Virus record (IMG/VR): IMGVR_UViG_3300008267_012518
DNA length: 64,000 bases
Strand: one strand, 5' to 3'
Origin: a virus
This document shows positions 10,096-20,172 of the stretch, piece by piece. The notes beneath the pieces are model-generated. The model saw only the letters and a program-made list of their open reading frames with translations, did not search any database and was not told the origin of the DNA. Numbering within the stretch: position 1 is the first letter of the stretch; the number at the start of each line of letters is the position of its first letter. Position numbers and translations under genes: made by a program.

Positions 10096-10603
10096 GGGTT
10101 AAATCTACTACAGTAGCTCGACCGAAAATACTTACTTCAATTTTGACTTTATCCTTTTCGTAGTCCAAAGTTTGAATTTTACCTCTGAAACTTGAGAAGG
10201 GTCCGTTCACTACAGAGACTTCTTCGCCGATTGCATATAATCCCTTATCAATCGATTGTCTGTGCTCAACCTCACCATTCATTCTATCGATTTCAGATTT
10301 TCTCATTACAATAGGATTTCCTTGTGGATCTTTGAGCACACTTGTCATCCCGTTGATGATTTTTGCAAAGTGAAGTACCTTATCGACTGATTCTGTCTCT
10401 ACAAATATGTAACCTGGATAGAGTAGATGCTCTTTTTGTTTTACTTTGCCGTTTCTGATAATAGATATTTTTTGACTTGGAATAAGAACATTTACTTCTT
10501 CTTTGAAGTCTCTCATCATTTCTTGTTTCAGTTTTTCCGAAACAGATCTCTCTCGATTACTTTGTACCTTTACTGTGTACCACTTTTTCTCTTGTGTTTC
10601 CAT
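10076..10603 (-). CDS. nusG: Transcription termination/antitermination factor NusG
   Basis: NGN domain (WYTVKV, LYPGYIFVE) and KOW domain (GPFSSFRG...VSIFGRAT). Confidence 0.9.
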   Translation of the reverse strand: METQEKKWYTVKVQSNRERSVSEKLKQEMMRDFKEEVNVLIPSQKISIIRNGKVKQKEHLLYPGYIFVETESVDKVLHFAKIINGMTSVLKDPQGNPIVMRKSEIDRMNGEVEHRQSIDKGLYAIGEEVSVVNGPFSSFRGKIQTLDYEKDKVKIEVSIFGRATVVDLTLVDISK

Positions 10604-10994
10604 TTTTTTGTAATTTTAAATAATTTATTTCTTCTTGTATATCTTGGGGATAATTTTCTAAAATGAATTTCATTTCTTGATCTGTAAAACTATTGATCAT
10701 TTTCAACTCAGAGACAAATTCAGAATCTTCATCTTTTGTGCTTTTTTTACTTTTTGACCAAAACCACTGTGGATAGGGTTCGTTTTTCATTTTATTAAAC
10801 CACAAATCCATTCCGACAGACTTATCTATTGATTTATCATTCAAAAGTTGGGCAAAATCAATATATCGTCTTGAGAAATATCTATTAAAAATGAAAAAGA
10901 ATTGCTCTTTTTGTTCATCAGTAACAAATTTCCAATGTTGTTTATTAGTAAACATAACTTTGGAAATTTCTAATATATTGTTCTCAATTCTCAT
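10557..10994 (-). CDS. Hypothetical protein, possibly a gp62-like clamp-loader small subunit
   Basis: 145 aa directly after the RNase H gene; only a weak resemblance (QWFWSKSKK). Confidence 0.3.
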   Translation of the reverse strand: MRIENNILEISKVMFTNKQHWKFVTDEQKEQFFFIFNRYFSRRYIDFAQLLNDKSIDKSVGMDLWFNKMKNEPYPQWFWSKSKKSTKDEDSEFVSELKMINSFTDQEMKFILENYPQDIQEEINYLKLQKNGNTREKVVHSKGTK

Positions 10995-11964
10995 TATCGG
11001 AGTAAACTATAGTCATCTTATTAAAAATATCACTTGGAATGTTTTTGGTATCCAAAAAAATTAACTTCATATTATTTTCGATATTCTTTTTTATTTCCCA
11101 TATATTACTTTTTGGTAACTTTTTCTTTTCACAAATTAAATCGGCAATGTTCTCTGTCAAATCGGGGTCAGAAATTTTTGGGTCACCAAAATTTGTAAGA
11201 TATTCATCAAAGATTGACTTTGCTCCTTTTTCCGCTATGCCACGTTTTTTACCGTTTTTAACTTGAGACCAACATGACGATATGTTGTCACTGTTATCAC
11301 CAGAAATTAATTTGATGATCAAACATTCAATGTCGTCTACCTCATTTATTTCGCACCTTTGAGTAAAATTTTTCAACATCTTAATAAATTCTTGACTGTC
11401 ATTGAGATTAAAAATATCATCTATGTCATTTTTATCGATGTGATTTAAAAATATTTGATAATTTTTTGGTAAAAAAACCTTTTGTTTACTTTGCATCTCA
11501 TTAGACATTAAGTTAATATAAGAAGGTTCTAAAGAAAAATTAATTAATTGTTTTATATCATGGTCATTAGAAATGACTATAGTAGACCTCTGATTTATGT
11601 TAGATTTTTCTATGATGAAAGATATCCAATCATCACCTTCGACGTGTGGAAGTTCAAGGACCTTTATTCCTCTTTTTTTCTGATCGGTTTTAAATTCATT
11701 ATAAGCAGTATAGACAAATTCCCAATCTATGTCAGTATCTTTTTTTCTGTTAGACTTATAGTTGTTATTGATTTTCTTTCTCCAAGACTTTTCTTTTGAA
11801 TCTGAGACTAAGTAGATATTTACAAATGGGTACCATTTTCTATAATTATTGACAGCCGTTTCTAAACTTTTATTTAATGCTCCGAACAAAAGATTATTCT
11901 TATGAAGAGTGAAAACCATTCGACTTAGGAGATAATTCCCGTCTATGATTAGATCACATAGCAT
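10984..11964 (-). CDS. rnh: T4-like RNase H / 5'-3' exonuclease
   Basis: IIDGNYL, YKSNR, EGDDWI, SNDHDIKQL, GDNSDNI. Confidence 0.85.
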   Translation of the reverse strand: MLCDLIIDGNYLLSRMVFTLHKNNLLFGALNKSLETAVNNYRKWYPFVNIYLVSDSKEKSWRKKINNNYKSNRKKDTDIDWEFVYTAYNEFKTDQKKRGIKVLELPHVEGDDWISFIIEKSNINQRSTIVISNDHDIKQLINFSLEPSYINLMSNEMQSKQKVFLPKNYQIFLNHIDKNDIDDIFNLNDSQEFIKMLKNFTQRCEINEVDDIECLIIKLISGDNSDNISSCWSQVKNGKKRGIAEKGAKSIFDEYLTNFGDPKISDPDLTENIADLICEKKKLPKSNIWEIKKNIENNMKLIFLDTKNIPSDIFNKMTIVYSDNEN

Positions 11965-12020
11965 AATAATATTTTATTTTTATATTATATGCCCTTCGTA
12001 AGGATTTAGTTTGTAAATTA

Positions 12021-13577
12021 CTAGGATTTATTTGAAACTATCCTAACATACATAGGACAATCAAAATTATAATTTTTGATCGCCATCGCGTAGTACAAAA
12101 TCTCCTGAGTTATTTTATCCAACATTTGGGTTGTTTCACCACTTAATCTACCCTCATCTTCATCAACTTTAGATAATTCCACCATCAAAACTCCGAATTT
12201 CAATGCCTGGTACTTAGAAATAAGACTCGGCATACCTTCGATATTTTTTTGTCTTGGGTTTTGTTTATCTGGTATAAATTTATTCATTCTTTGAATTTCT
12301 GATTTCAAAAATTCTTCTGTGTAACTGGCATTCTTTAAAATCATATCTTTTGTTGGGATTAAGTCATCTACCAAAATACCATTTTTTAAAAGAATTTTAT
12401 TGATCCATTCTAAACCAATCTTACCATATCTTGAGTGTTGACCTTCTACCTCACCACTTACATTACTATAATTATTACTTCCACCAAATGATCTTATATA
12501 CATTGTATCTTGGCCGTCTCTTAAAACTTCACTCTGAAAATTTGCAACTAATTTGACACCTAATGAACCAAATGGTGAATTAGAAGTGATGATACTGTCA
12601 AATCTATATGTTGGTGGTGGCGTCAATTTATTTATAACTAACTTAATAGACTCTGCATTACCTATTTTTTTGAGTGACACACCAACTAATTGACTTCTGA
12701 GAAATTGTGAATTGATTAACCTATTCAATTTTACAATCGTATTAGCACCATTCAACCTTGCAACTATTGTTGGTTCTACCATGGAATCTGAAACCCAAAT
12801 ATCAGCTGGATTCCATTTCGACATAGGAGATTCTTTTGTCACATTACTACGGTTGAAAGATCTAGATAGGGCATTTATGAGATCAGTGTCAGCACCAATT
12901 TGGTGAAAGTTATATTTTTTTTCTTTCTCAAATACTGTCCTTTTATCCTTACCAACAAGTTGTAAATCTTCTAGATATAATGCATTAGCAGTGTTAATGA
13001 AAGTTTCTACCCAACCTTCTTTGTTATCGTTTATAAAATTTCGTAAAAATTCAGCATCGATGTCTATGGGTATTTTCACATACTTCATAATTTCTGGGTC
13101 TAGATTATCCTCATTATCATAAAGAAACTCCAAATGAAAATGTTTCAGTGATGGTACTTTTATTAAATGTTGTTTAAGAGATAGGAAAATGCATTGAATT
13201 GATTCCATTAATCTTGTTTTTTGAAATCCTAGTGACGAGCCAGATGAGCTACCAAAGTACTCATCCTTTTTTATATCATTTAATTTATAATTTACATCAT
13301 CCTCACCTTGAAGAACTGGTTTAAATCTGGTTCCTTGTTTAAAAAACCTTGATGACTTACCTTTGTCGTAATTATTGTTTATAGTGATATCATCAACCAC
13401 GTCCTCAGCATTTTTGAAATTGACTTGTTTTTCACCCTTTCCCTTGATCGCAATTGTGAAATCTTGATCACCAGCTAATCTGTTAACTAATTTCTGGCCT
13501 CTTGACTCACCGTCCTTAGATGTCTTGTCGAGTATTTCAAGATTAAGATTAGACTCATTAAACCTTTTTAGTTTCAT
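12021..13577 (-). CDS. Putative PD-(D/E)xK restriction-endonuclease-fold protein with a capsid-targeting-like N-terminus
   Basis: KWNPADIWV...LVGVSLKK; starts MKLKRFNES; AATATATA upstream at 13584-13591. Confidence 0.5.
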   Translation of the reverse strand: MKLKRFNESNLNLEILDKTSKDGESRGQKLVNRLAGDQDFTIAIKGKGEKQVNFKNAEDVVDDITINNNYDKGKSSRFFKQGTRFKPVLQGEDDVNYKLNDIKKDEYFGSSSGSSLGFQKTRLMESIQCIFLSLKQHLIKVPSLKHFHLEFLYDNEDNLDPEIMKYVKIPIDIDAEFLRNFINDNKEGWVETFINTANALYLEDLQLVGKDKRTVFEKEKKYNFHQIGADTDLINALSRSFNRSNVTKESPMSKWNPADIWVSDSMVEPTIVARLNGANTIVKLNRLINSQFLRSQLVGVSLKKIGNAESIKLVINKLTPPPTYRFDSIITSNSPFGSLGVKLVANFQSEVLRDGQDTMYIRSFGGSNNYSNVSGEVEGQHSRYGKIGLEWINKILLKNGILVDDLIPTKDMILKNASYTEEFLKSEIQRMNKFIPDKQNPRQKNIEGMPSLISKYQALKFGVLMVELSKVDEDEGRLSGETTQMLDKITQEILYYAMAIKNYNFDCPMYVRIVSNKS

Positions 13578-13616
13578 AATTATTATATATTAAATAAAAT
13601 TCATATCTTTGTAGTT

Positions 13617-13937
13617 ATGGAAAGGGGAAGAGCTTGGAGAAGAACCAAATCTGAATGTCACTTTTTGAAAAGAATCAAGAAGCAAACTTTTTATAATTTC
13701 GTTTATATGTTTTGGAGCAGTTATAGTCTTAAAAAATATAACTCAAAGTGGATGGATTTAATATCTTCAAATCAAGTTTACAAATACAAAGATGTAAGAA
13801 CTTGTAAATGGCAATCAAGAAACAAAGTTAAATATGGTAAAAAGGGCAAAAAGAATTTTGATTGGAGCAGTAGCCAAAATACTCGACCCAAAGATAAATC
13901 AAGGATCAGAAAGGAATTAGTTGATTATGGATATTGA
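13617..13937 (+). CDS. Basic hypothetical protein
   Basis: 106 aa, K/R-rich; TATCTTTG promoter element at 13604-13611. Confidence 0.55.
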   Translation: MERGRAWRRTKSECHFLKRIKKQTFYNFVYMFWSSYSLKKYNSKWMDLISSNQVYKYKDVRTCKWQSRNKVKYGKKGKKNFDWSSSQNTRPKDKSRIRKELVDYGY

Positions 13938-14469
13938 AGTTTTAATTCCAAATAAGGATAATAATTGGATTTGTAGAAATAACGTTCTATACTACAAGAA
14001 ATTTGCTTTGATACCTCTCGCATCTAAAATTGATGGTGAGCTGTATATAAACTTAGACAGTAGGTGTATCAAACCTCTTTTGAAATTATTAAATCACTGC
14101 ATCAATAAAGAAATAAATTTTCTTTTTTGTGATAAATTTACAATTACTGAAAAACATATATGGAATGAGCATATCGATGGAATAATTGCAAACAATTTAT
14201 GCATAATCGAAGAGCCTAAAATATTCAAATTGATCAAATCAAATAATTTAGATTACTTGAACATATTTTGCAAATTCCTTAGACTGTATGAGTGTCACAA
14301 CAGATTTATTAAAGTTTACAGTGAGTTGAAACGAGATCACTTCAGTGCTAGTTGGTTCGATTGGTACGACCATAAAATGCATTATAGAGTGAATGATGTT
14401 GAGGTGAGAGAATACTACGAATCTTTGTTCAGAGAAATGAAGATTTTACTTCTTTTCTTTGAGGATTGA
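13921..14469 (+). CDS. Hypothetical protein
   Basis: 182-aa ORF overlapping the previous gene. Confidence 0.6.
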   Translation: MIMDIEVLIPNKDNNWICRNNVLYYKKFALIPLASKIDGELYINLDSRCIKPLLKLLNHCINKEINFLFCDKFTITEKHIWNEHIDGIIANNLCIIEEPKIFKLIKSNNLDYLNIFCKFLRLYECHNRFIKVYSELKRDHFSASWFDWYDHKMHYRVNDVEVREYYESLFREMKILLLFFED

Positions 14470-14685
14470 TTTTATTCTGTTTTCCCTTTTTTTCATAGTA
14501 TAAGTTTGTAAATAATCATAGAGTTGGTCATCCATTTCCTGACCAGATAAGTTTGAATTTCTGTAATCAATAAGTAGATTTTCGAAAAAAATCATAAATC
14601 TTTCTTCAAATTGTGGGTCTTCTCCACACAATTTTGTGAATTTTTTTATTACACCCAAAGCTTCTTTATTAGGATTGGGATTCAA
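14446..14685 (-). CDS. Small hypothetical protein with C-terminal RENRIKSIL motif
   Basis: 79 aa, coupled to the stop codon of the topoisomerase gene. Confidence 0.55.
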   Translation of the reverse strand: MNPNPNKEALGVIKKFTKLCGEDPQFEERFMIFFENLLIDYRNSNLSGQEMDDQLYDYLQTYTMKKRENRIKSILKEKK

Positions 14686-16517
14686 TTCAACAGCTGATTT
14701 TTTCGCAAATCAGCATCTTTTCCAAACCAAGTGTATAGAGAATTCTTAGACATTTCATCGGATGAGATTTGTGTTAATTTAGGATTATTTATTATTTCCT
14801 TATATTCATTATCTAACAAAGCTCCAAGTCCCTTTTTATACTCAATTTCCCATTCCTTCGTGTTGATGGAATCCAACCAACCATTATAATCTTGTTGATT
14901 ATAAAAAGATATTTTCTTTTTGGTTTTATGGTTTTTACTCACGACAATTGGTGTTTCAGCTTTATAAACCATGGGATTTTCAAATAATTCTGGCCAATAC
15001 TTATAAAAAAAGTTGATTAACAACCCAACAATTGAACTCCCGTCATGGTCAGCATCACAATAAAAAAGTATTTTACCATACCTTAGCGTACCGGGCACGA
15101 CTTTCTGACCTAGTTTCAATCCAAGAGCTCCCATCAGATTAATAACTTCATTGTTAGAGACTAATTTCTGATTAGTAATCTCCATAGCATTAATAAATTT
15201 ACCTCTCAAGGAGAAAGCCCCCTGTGTTTGTGGATCTCGGTATTTTCTGAAAGCTGATGAAGCCGAATCTCCTTCAAAAATAGACAAAGAGCATTTCCAT
15301 CTATCACGACTTTTAGCATCTATTAACTTTTCTACTTTGATTTTAGCAAGATTTTTATTTAATTCTCTAGCTATTTTATTTTCCTCTGCGGATTTTTTCT
15401 GTTGTATCCAATCCAAAACTGAATTTACAATTTCAGACTTCAAAATAGACTTGATCAATTTCTCCGAAACCTCAAAAGTAAATCCAAAATCTTTTACTTC
15501 TGTGATAAGTTTTTCCTTGGTCTGTGAAGAAAATCCAGGATTAACAACAGTCGAACACAAGAAAATTTGTATATGGTTTTTCAACTCTGATGGCTTCACA
15601 TCTACTTTATGTTTCTTATGGAAAAATTCTCTTAATTGACTTATAATTTGGTTTAACACATAGTCTACGTGATTACCACCATCATAAGTTTCAGTTGAAT
15701 TAGCAAATGAGATTTGTTGAAAACCCTCACTGGAGTGGGAGATACCCAAACTCCAAGTTTTATCCTTATTTGTTTCAAAGAAATAATCGTGTCTATAAAA
15801 TTTAATGTAATCTTCAAAAGACTTTATGTTAATAACTTCATCATTGAAATAGATCTTCAAAGTCGGGTTACAACCAGCAATATCAACAACTCTTTTCTTA
15901 AACATTAAGAACATATCATTATCTAATTCAGTCAAACCAAATCTCTCGTAATCTGGTGTGAATTTGATTGAGGTGTGATTGTCTTTACTTTTCTTGATTG
16001 TGGGATCGGTTTTCTTCCCCATATTATCACTGAATATTTGGAAAAATGAATTCTTACCGTCACAAGTGGATATTATAAATTCTTTGGAATAAATGTTGGT
16101 CAAACTTGATCCGACACCATTGGTTCCAGCCCAAGTCCTTTCTTCCGTATCATCAAAGTTAGAACCAGCTTTTAAATTTGAGAAAATCATTTCTGGTATC
16201 CATTGATTTTCCTCTTTATGTTTGACTACGGGAACACCACCATTGTCCCAGACTTCTATTTGGTTTCCTTTAATATTAACTCTAATGGTATTTAATTTAC
16301 TACCAGCTCTTTTGTGCTCATCGACTGAGTTGGTGATAATCTCATCAAATATTTTAAGAAGTCCCGGATTGTAGGTAATCTCTTTTAGGATCATCTTACC
16401 ATCCTCAAGAATATACTTCTTTGAGGTATGTGGTTTAATGGAACCGATGTACATTGCTGGTCTTGAAAGTACGTGGGTCCTATCATCAAGTTTCCTAAAT
16501 TTCTTTTCAATCGACAT
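14682..16517 (-). CDS. Type IIA DNA topoisomerase ATPase/TOPRIM subunit (T4 gp39+60-like)
   Basis: EIITNSVD, GSNFDD, GTNGVG, FEGDSA, DADHDG, YKKGLG. ATG 16517 (MSIEKK) is preferred over the track's TTG at 16553. Confidence 0.95.
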   Translation of the reverse strand: MSIEKKFRKLDDRTHVLSRPAMYIGSIKPHTSKKYILEDGKMILKEITYNPGLLKIFDEIITNSVDEHKRAGSKLNTIRVNIKGNQIEVWDNGGVPVVKHKEENQWIPEMIFSNLKAGSNFDDTEERTWAGTNGVGSSLTNIYSKEFIISTCDGKNSFFQIFSDNMGKKTDPTIKKSKDNHTSIKFTPDYERFGLTELDNDMFLMFKKRVVDIAGCNPTLKIYFNDEVINIKSFEDYIKFYRHDYFFETNKDKTWSLGISHSSEGFQQISFANSTETYDGGNHVDYVLNQIISQLREFFHKKHKVDVKPSELKNHIQIFLCSTVVNPGFSSQTKEKLITEVKDFGFTFEVSEKLIKSILKSEIVNSVLDWIQQKKSAEENKIARELNKNLAKIKVEKLIDAKSRDRWKCSLSIFEGDSASSAFRKYRDPQTQGAFSLRGKFINAMEITNQKLVSNNEVINLMGALGLKLGQKVVPGTLRYGKILFYCDADHDGSSIVGLLINFFYKYWPELFENPMVYKAETPIVVSKNHKTKKKISFYNQQDYNGWLDSINTKEWEIEYKKGLGALLDNEYKEIINNPKLTQISSDEMSKNSLYTWFGKDADLRKNQLLN

Positions 16518-16588
16518 ATTCTGTGAAAATTTCAGTTTATATATATCCCTCAATAACTTTTGTTTAAAAACGAAATATATTCATCACT

Positions 16589-17932
16589 ATGGTAAACCAA
16601 AAAACAATCACTGAATTCCTATCTCAAGAGTATAAAGATTTTTCCTTATATACTATCGAAAATCGCGCAATTCCCTCAGTTATTGATGGTTTTAAACCTA
16701 CTCACAGAAAGATTATTCATATATCAAATCAAATCTGGAGAAATGAATCAGAGAAACCCTTAAAAGTATTTCAACTCGCAGGTAAAGTAGCATCTGATGC
16801 ATTCTACCATCACGGTAATTCTAGTCTAGAATCCGCAATAATAACCCTTGCACAGAGTTTTAAGAACAATTTGCCCCTTCTTGAAGAGATAGGTCAATTT
16901 GGATCATTGAGGTCACCAGAGCCTGCCGCTGCTCGTTATATTGGAACCAAACTCAATAAAAACTTTAGACTCCTTTATAAAGATTTCGAATTGTTAACAA
17001 ATAAAGAGGAAGAAGGTGAGATTATCGAACCTCATTTTTTCTTACCCATAGTTCCAACAGTCCTTATAAATGGATCATCAGGAATTGCTGTGGGGTTTTC
17101 ATCCAATATTCTTAATAGAAATCCAATTGATATTGTAAATGCTTGTGAATCGATACTCAAGGGTAAAAAAATACAAGACATAAAACCATATAATCAATTC
17201 TTCAATGGGGATTATATTAGAGATACTGAAAACCCTAAGAAATGGTATATCAGAGGTAACCTACAAATTATTAACACAACTACAGTAAAAATATCTGAAT
17301 TACCACCTTCTATGACATTTGAAAAGTATGAAACTATTTTAGATGGATTAGTTGATAACAAAATAATTGTATCCTATGAGGATAATTCTAAAGACTCAAT
17401 TGATTACACAATAAAATTTACAAGAGAGTCCTTATCACAGTATGATGAGGAGAAACTATACAAACTTCTGAAATTGGAGGAAACTGAAACAGAAATATTC
17501 ACAACCCTTGATGAGAATGGTAAATTGAAGATTTTCGAAAATGATTATGACATAATATCCTATTTTGTAAAATTCAGACTGAATTACTACGTTAAAAGGA
17601 AAGAGTTTTTACTAAATAAATTAAAAAATGAACTAAAAATTCTTTCGAACAGAGGTCGTTTCATAAAGGCTATACTTGATGGTAAAATAGAAATCAAAAA
17701 CACACCCAAAGAACAAATAATAAAGTCAATCGTAGCATTTGGATTGGACCAACAAGACGATTCATATGATTACTTACTAAGAATGCCACTTTGGTCGCTA
17801 ACCAAAGAATTATTTGAAAAGTTGAAACTAGATTATACCAACAAGAAGGGTGAAATTGAAACATTGGAAAAAGTAGAACCACAAGATATGTATCTTGGAG
17901 AATTAACTGAGTTAAAAAAGAAGTTGAAATAG
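16589..17932 (+). CDS. gp52: Type IIA DNA topoisomerase breakage-reunion subunit (T4 gp52-like)
   Basis: IDGFKP, YHHGNSS, catalytic AAARY, LINGSSGIAVGF, LLRMPLWSLT. Confidence 0.95.
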   Translation: MVNQKTITEFLSQEYKDFSLYTIENRAIPSVIDGFKPTHRKIIHISNQIWRNESEKPLKVFQLAGKVASDAFYHHGNSSLESAIITLAQSFKNNLPLLEEIGQFGSLRSPEPAAARYIGTKLNKNFRLLYKDFELLTNKEEEGEIIEPHFFLPIVPTVLINGSSGIAVGFSSNILNRNPIDIVNACESILKGKKIQDIKPYNQFFNGDYIRDTENPKKWYIRGNLQIINTTTVKISELPPSMTFEKYETILDGLVDNKIIVSYEDNSKDSIDYTIKFTRESLSQYDEEKLYKLLKLEETETEIFTTLDENGKLKIFENDYDIISYFVKFRLNYYVKRKEFLLNKLKNELKILSNRGRFIKAILDGKIEIKNTPKEQIIKSIVAFGLDQQDDSYDYLLRMPLWSLTKELFEKLKLDYTNKKGEIETLEKVEPQDMYLGELTELKKKLK

Positions 17933-17958
17933 TAAATTTTTATTATTACATTTGTAGT

Positions 17959-18282
17959 ATGAACTTATCTAAGAGATTACTGCTAATAAACCATATGAAC
18001 ACTTTCATTATGGATCAGTTCGGTATTGGGGAGAAAACTGACGATATATTAGCCATGTTGAAGTATAAAAGTGATAAGTATAAAGAAAGTGAAAAAGATC
18101 TTGGTCCGAATTCTATTAGAAAGATGTATCTTTCAAATTATAGCCTTTTATTAATCAAACGAATAATTGATTTTCAATTTTTCAGAAACAAAAAAGAATT
18201 AATGGAGTTCTCAGATGTGCAGATTTTTAAATTGATTGACTTTAGAGATAAAATTATTTTCAAAAAAATTTTCAAAGATTAA
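17959..18282 (+). CDS. Hypothetical protein
   Basis: 107 aa; TACATTTG at 17947-17954. Confidence 0.55.
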   Translation: MNLSKRLLLINHMNTFIMDQFGIGEKTDDILAMLKYKSDKYKESEKDLGPNSIRKMYLSNYSLLLIKRIIDFQFFRNKKELMEFSDVQIFKLIDFRDKIIFKKIFKD

Positions 18283-18307
18283 ATTTTAATTTTAATTTTG
18301 TATTTAT

Positions 18308-19486
18308 ATGAAAGAGAAAAATAAAAAACCAAAAAAGGGTAATTTCAAAACAAAACTTAGATTTTTAGAATTTATAGGCGGTAAAGGATTTGTAAATTTT
18401 ATATCAAATGAAGCAATAATCACCGCAAATCAGTTATCTGGTCTTGGTATGGATGGTATCAAATTGAAAATGACTATCTGTGAAGACTCATCTGTGTCTT
18501 TTGATGAAATTGATACCAACCTCACCACAGATGATCAACGTCAAAGGCTTTTGGAAATAATAGAAGAGAAAACTGTAACATCATACCGTGGTAGAACTGT
18601 AATACAAGAGTTGGATTTCATATCAGTGACTAAAGTTAAGGATCAGAATGTTCCTTTATACCTGGCTGTGGATATATCAAAACCAATAGAGGTTTTAGCA
18701 TCAGTGTTAGACAATCCTATACAGGCAACTCAACAAGCTCTCGGAAGGCTAAGTGAGTTGTTAGACACTTGGGCGATTGACGATGATGAAGTCGAACCAG
18801 AAATGGATAAAGGACCACAAATCATGAAAGATCATGATACACTAAATAATAGTGTTGTAGATCAAATAAAAAATTCTTTCGGGTCTATGAAACAAGATAA
18901 ATTGAATGAGTTAAAGAATTCCACGATCAAGAAGGAGGCTGAGTTGGGTAAATTGACATTTCAACTAAATTCAACCCAACAAAGAATTGGTGAGTTGGAA
19001 AATGAAATAAAATTAAATCAAGATAGGATTGATGATCTTCAACCAATTGAAGATCCAACTGGTTACTATTTTAATGTGTCAGAACGTCAGAACGAAAAAA
19101 TTATTCTTGAACCAGAAATCGAAAAGATAATTAAGGATAAAGTTTCTAAAATAAAGTCAATCAATGCTGAGAATTTCATGAAACTTTTCACTGATGGGGA
19201 ATTTCATATAACATTAGGAAAAAATGAAAATGATAATATTGTCAAGGTCGAAGATTATAAGTCTCTTCCAAATGAAATCACTGAGAAACTAAATGGTTTG
19301 GATTTAAATTGGAGTGATGACAAATTCATTTATTTTGGGGACTTGACTTGGAGTCAATTAGTCAACAAAATGATAAAAAAGGGATTTGAAGAGAATGACG
19401 AATTCAATAAAATTTGTGGGAGTAATTCCTACCAATCAAACACAGAAATTAAAGAAAATTTAACAAAAAATAAAACAACCTTTTAA
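18308..19486 (+). CDS. Hypothetical protein with a central coiled coil
   Basis: 392 aa; heptad-like stretch KLNELKN...RIDDL. Confidence 0.65.
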   Translation: MKEKNKKPKKGNFKTKLRFLEFIGGKGFVNFISNEAIITANQLSGLGMDGIKLKMTICEDSSVSFDEIDTNLTTDDQRQRLLEIIEEKTVTSYRGRTVIQELDFISVTKVKDQNVPLYLAVDISKPIEVLASVLDNPIQATQQALGRLSELLDTWAIDDDEVEPEMDKGPQIMKDHDTLNNSVVDQIKNSFGSMKQDKLNELKNSTIKKEAELGKLTFQLNSTQQRIGELENEIKLNQDRIDDLQPIEDPTGYYFNVSERQNEKIILEPEIEKIIKDKVSKIKSINAENFMKLFTDGEFHITLGKNENDNIVKVEDYKSLPNEITEKLNGLDLNWSDDKFIYFGDLTWSQLVNKMIKKGFEENDEFNKICGSNSYQSNTEIKENLTKNKTTF

Positions 19487-19488
19487 TT

Positions 19489-20118
19489 ATGAAATTTTTT
19501 ATACTATCAGCAATTTTTACTTTGGGTTTTTTTTCACCAGTAATTTACCAAAACATTCTTATCGAAAATAATGGAATTCTTCTTTTACCTCTGTTTTCAA
19601 TTTTGATGGGATACATTGGTTACAGGGTAAGATTTAGAAGGAGGAATTCATTCAGAAATTTTTTGTACCGAAATTACATCAAATTCAGATGGATCGTAGA
19701 TGGTATCAATGACAAACTAAAAGCTCAACCAGAAAATACAGAAATATTACCCATACAGACAAAATCTATAAAACTTTGGAAACTATTACTTCGTGATGAT
19801 AAAAGTCAAATCTCTTGCTCTCTTGGAAATAGAATAAGACAGGTAGAGAAGGATAACATGCTTCTCATATTGGCACCTATCAACCAACAAGATTATCAAC
19901 TCACGATAATGGATGTGGACAATATAAAAAGTTGTTTATACGAAATACCTATGTATTCAAAACTATCAGAAGTCTTAATTGAGGTGTTTGATAATGAGAA
20001 TGAAAAAAGGATGCTTGAAGGACAGCTTGAAAAGAAACAATCTATTCATAATGATTTGGATAAGTTGATTTCACAACAACAAGAATACCTTAAGAGTATT
20101 GGTTTTACCAAAGTTTGA
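19489..20118 (+). CDS. Putative membrane protein
   Basis: Two N-terminal hydrophobic segments followed by a basic RVRFRRR stretch. Confidence 0.6.
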   Translation: MKFFILSAIFTLGFFSPVIYQNILIENNGILLLPLFSILMGYIGYRVRFRRRNSFRNFLYRNYIKFRWIVDGINDKLKAQPENTEILPIQTKSIKLWKLLLRDDKSQISCSLGNRIRQVEKDNMLLILAPINQQDYQLTIMDVDNIKSCLYEIPMYSKLSEVLIEVFDNENEKRMLEGQLEKKQSIHNDLDKLISQQQEYLKSIGFTKV

Positions 20119-20172
20119 TTTTCGAATCCAAGGATTAATATATAATATATATCCTATAAAAATTAAATTAAG

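Noticed and set aside
16518-16553. N-terminal extension of the topoisomerase from TTG 16553
   Set aside because: The region contains the putative promoter motif; MSIEKKFRKL at ATG 16517 matches typical family starts.
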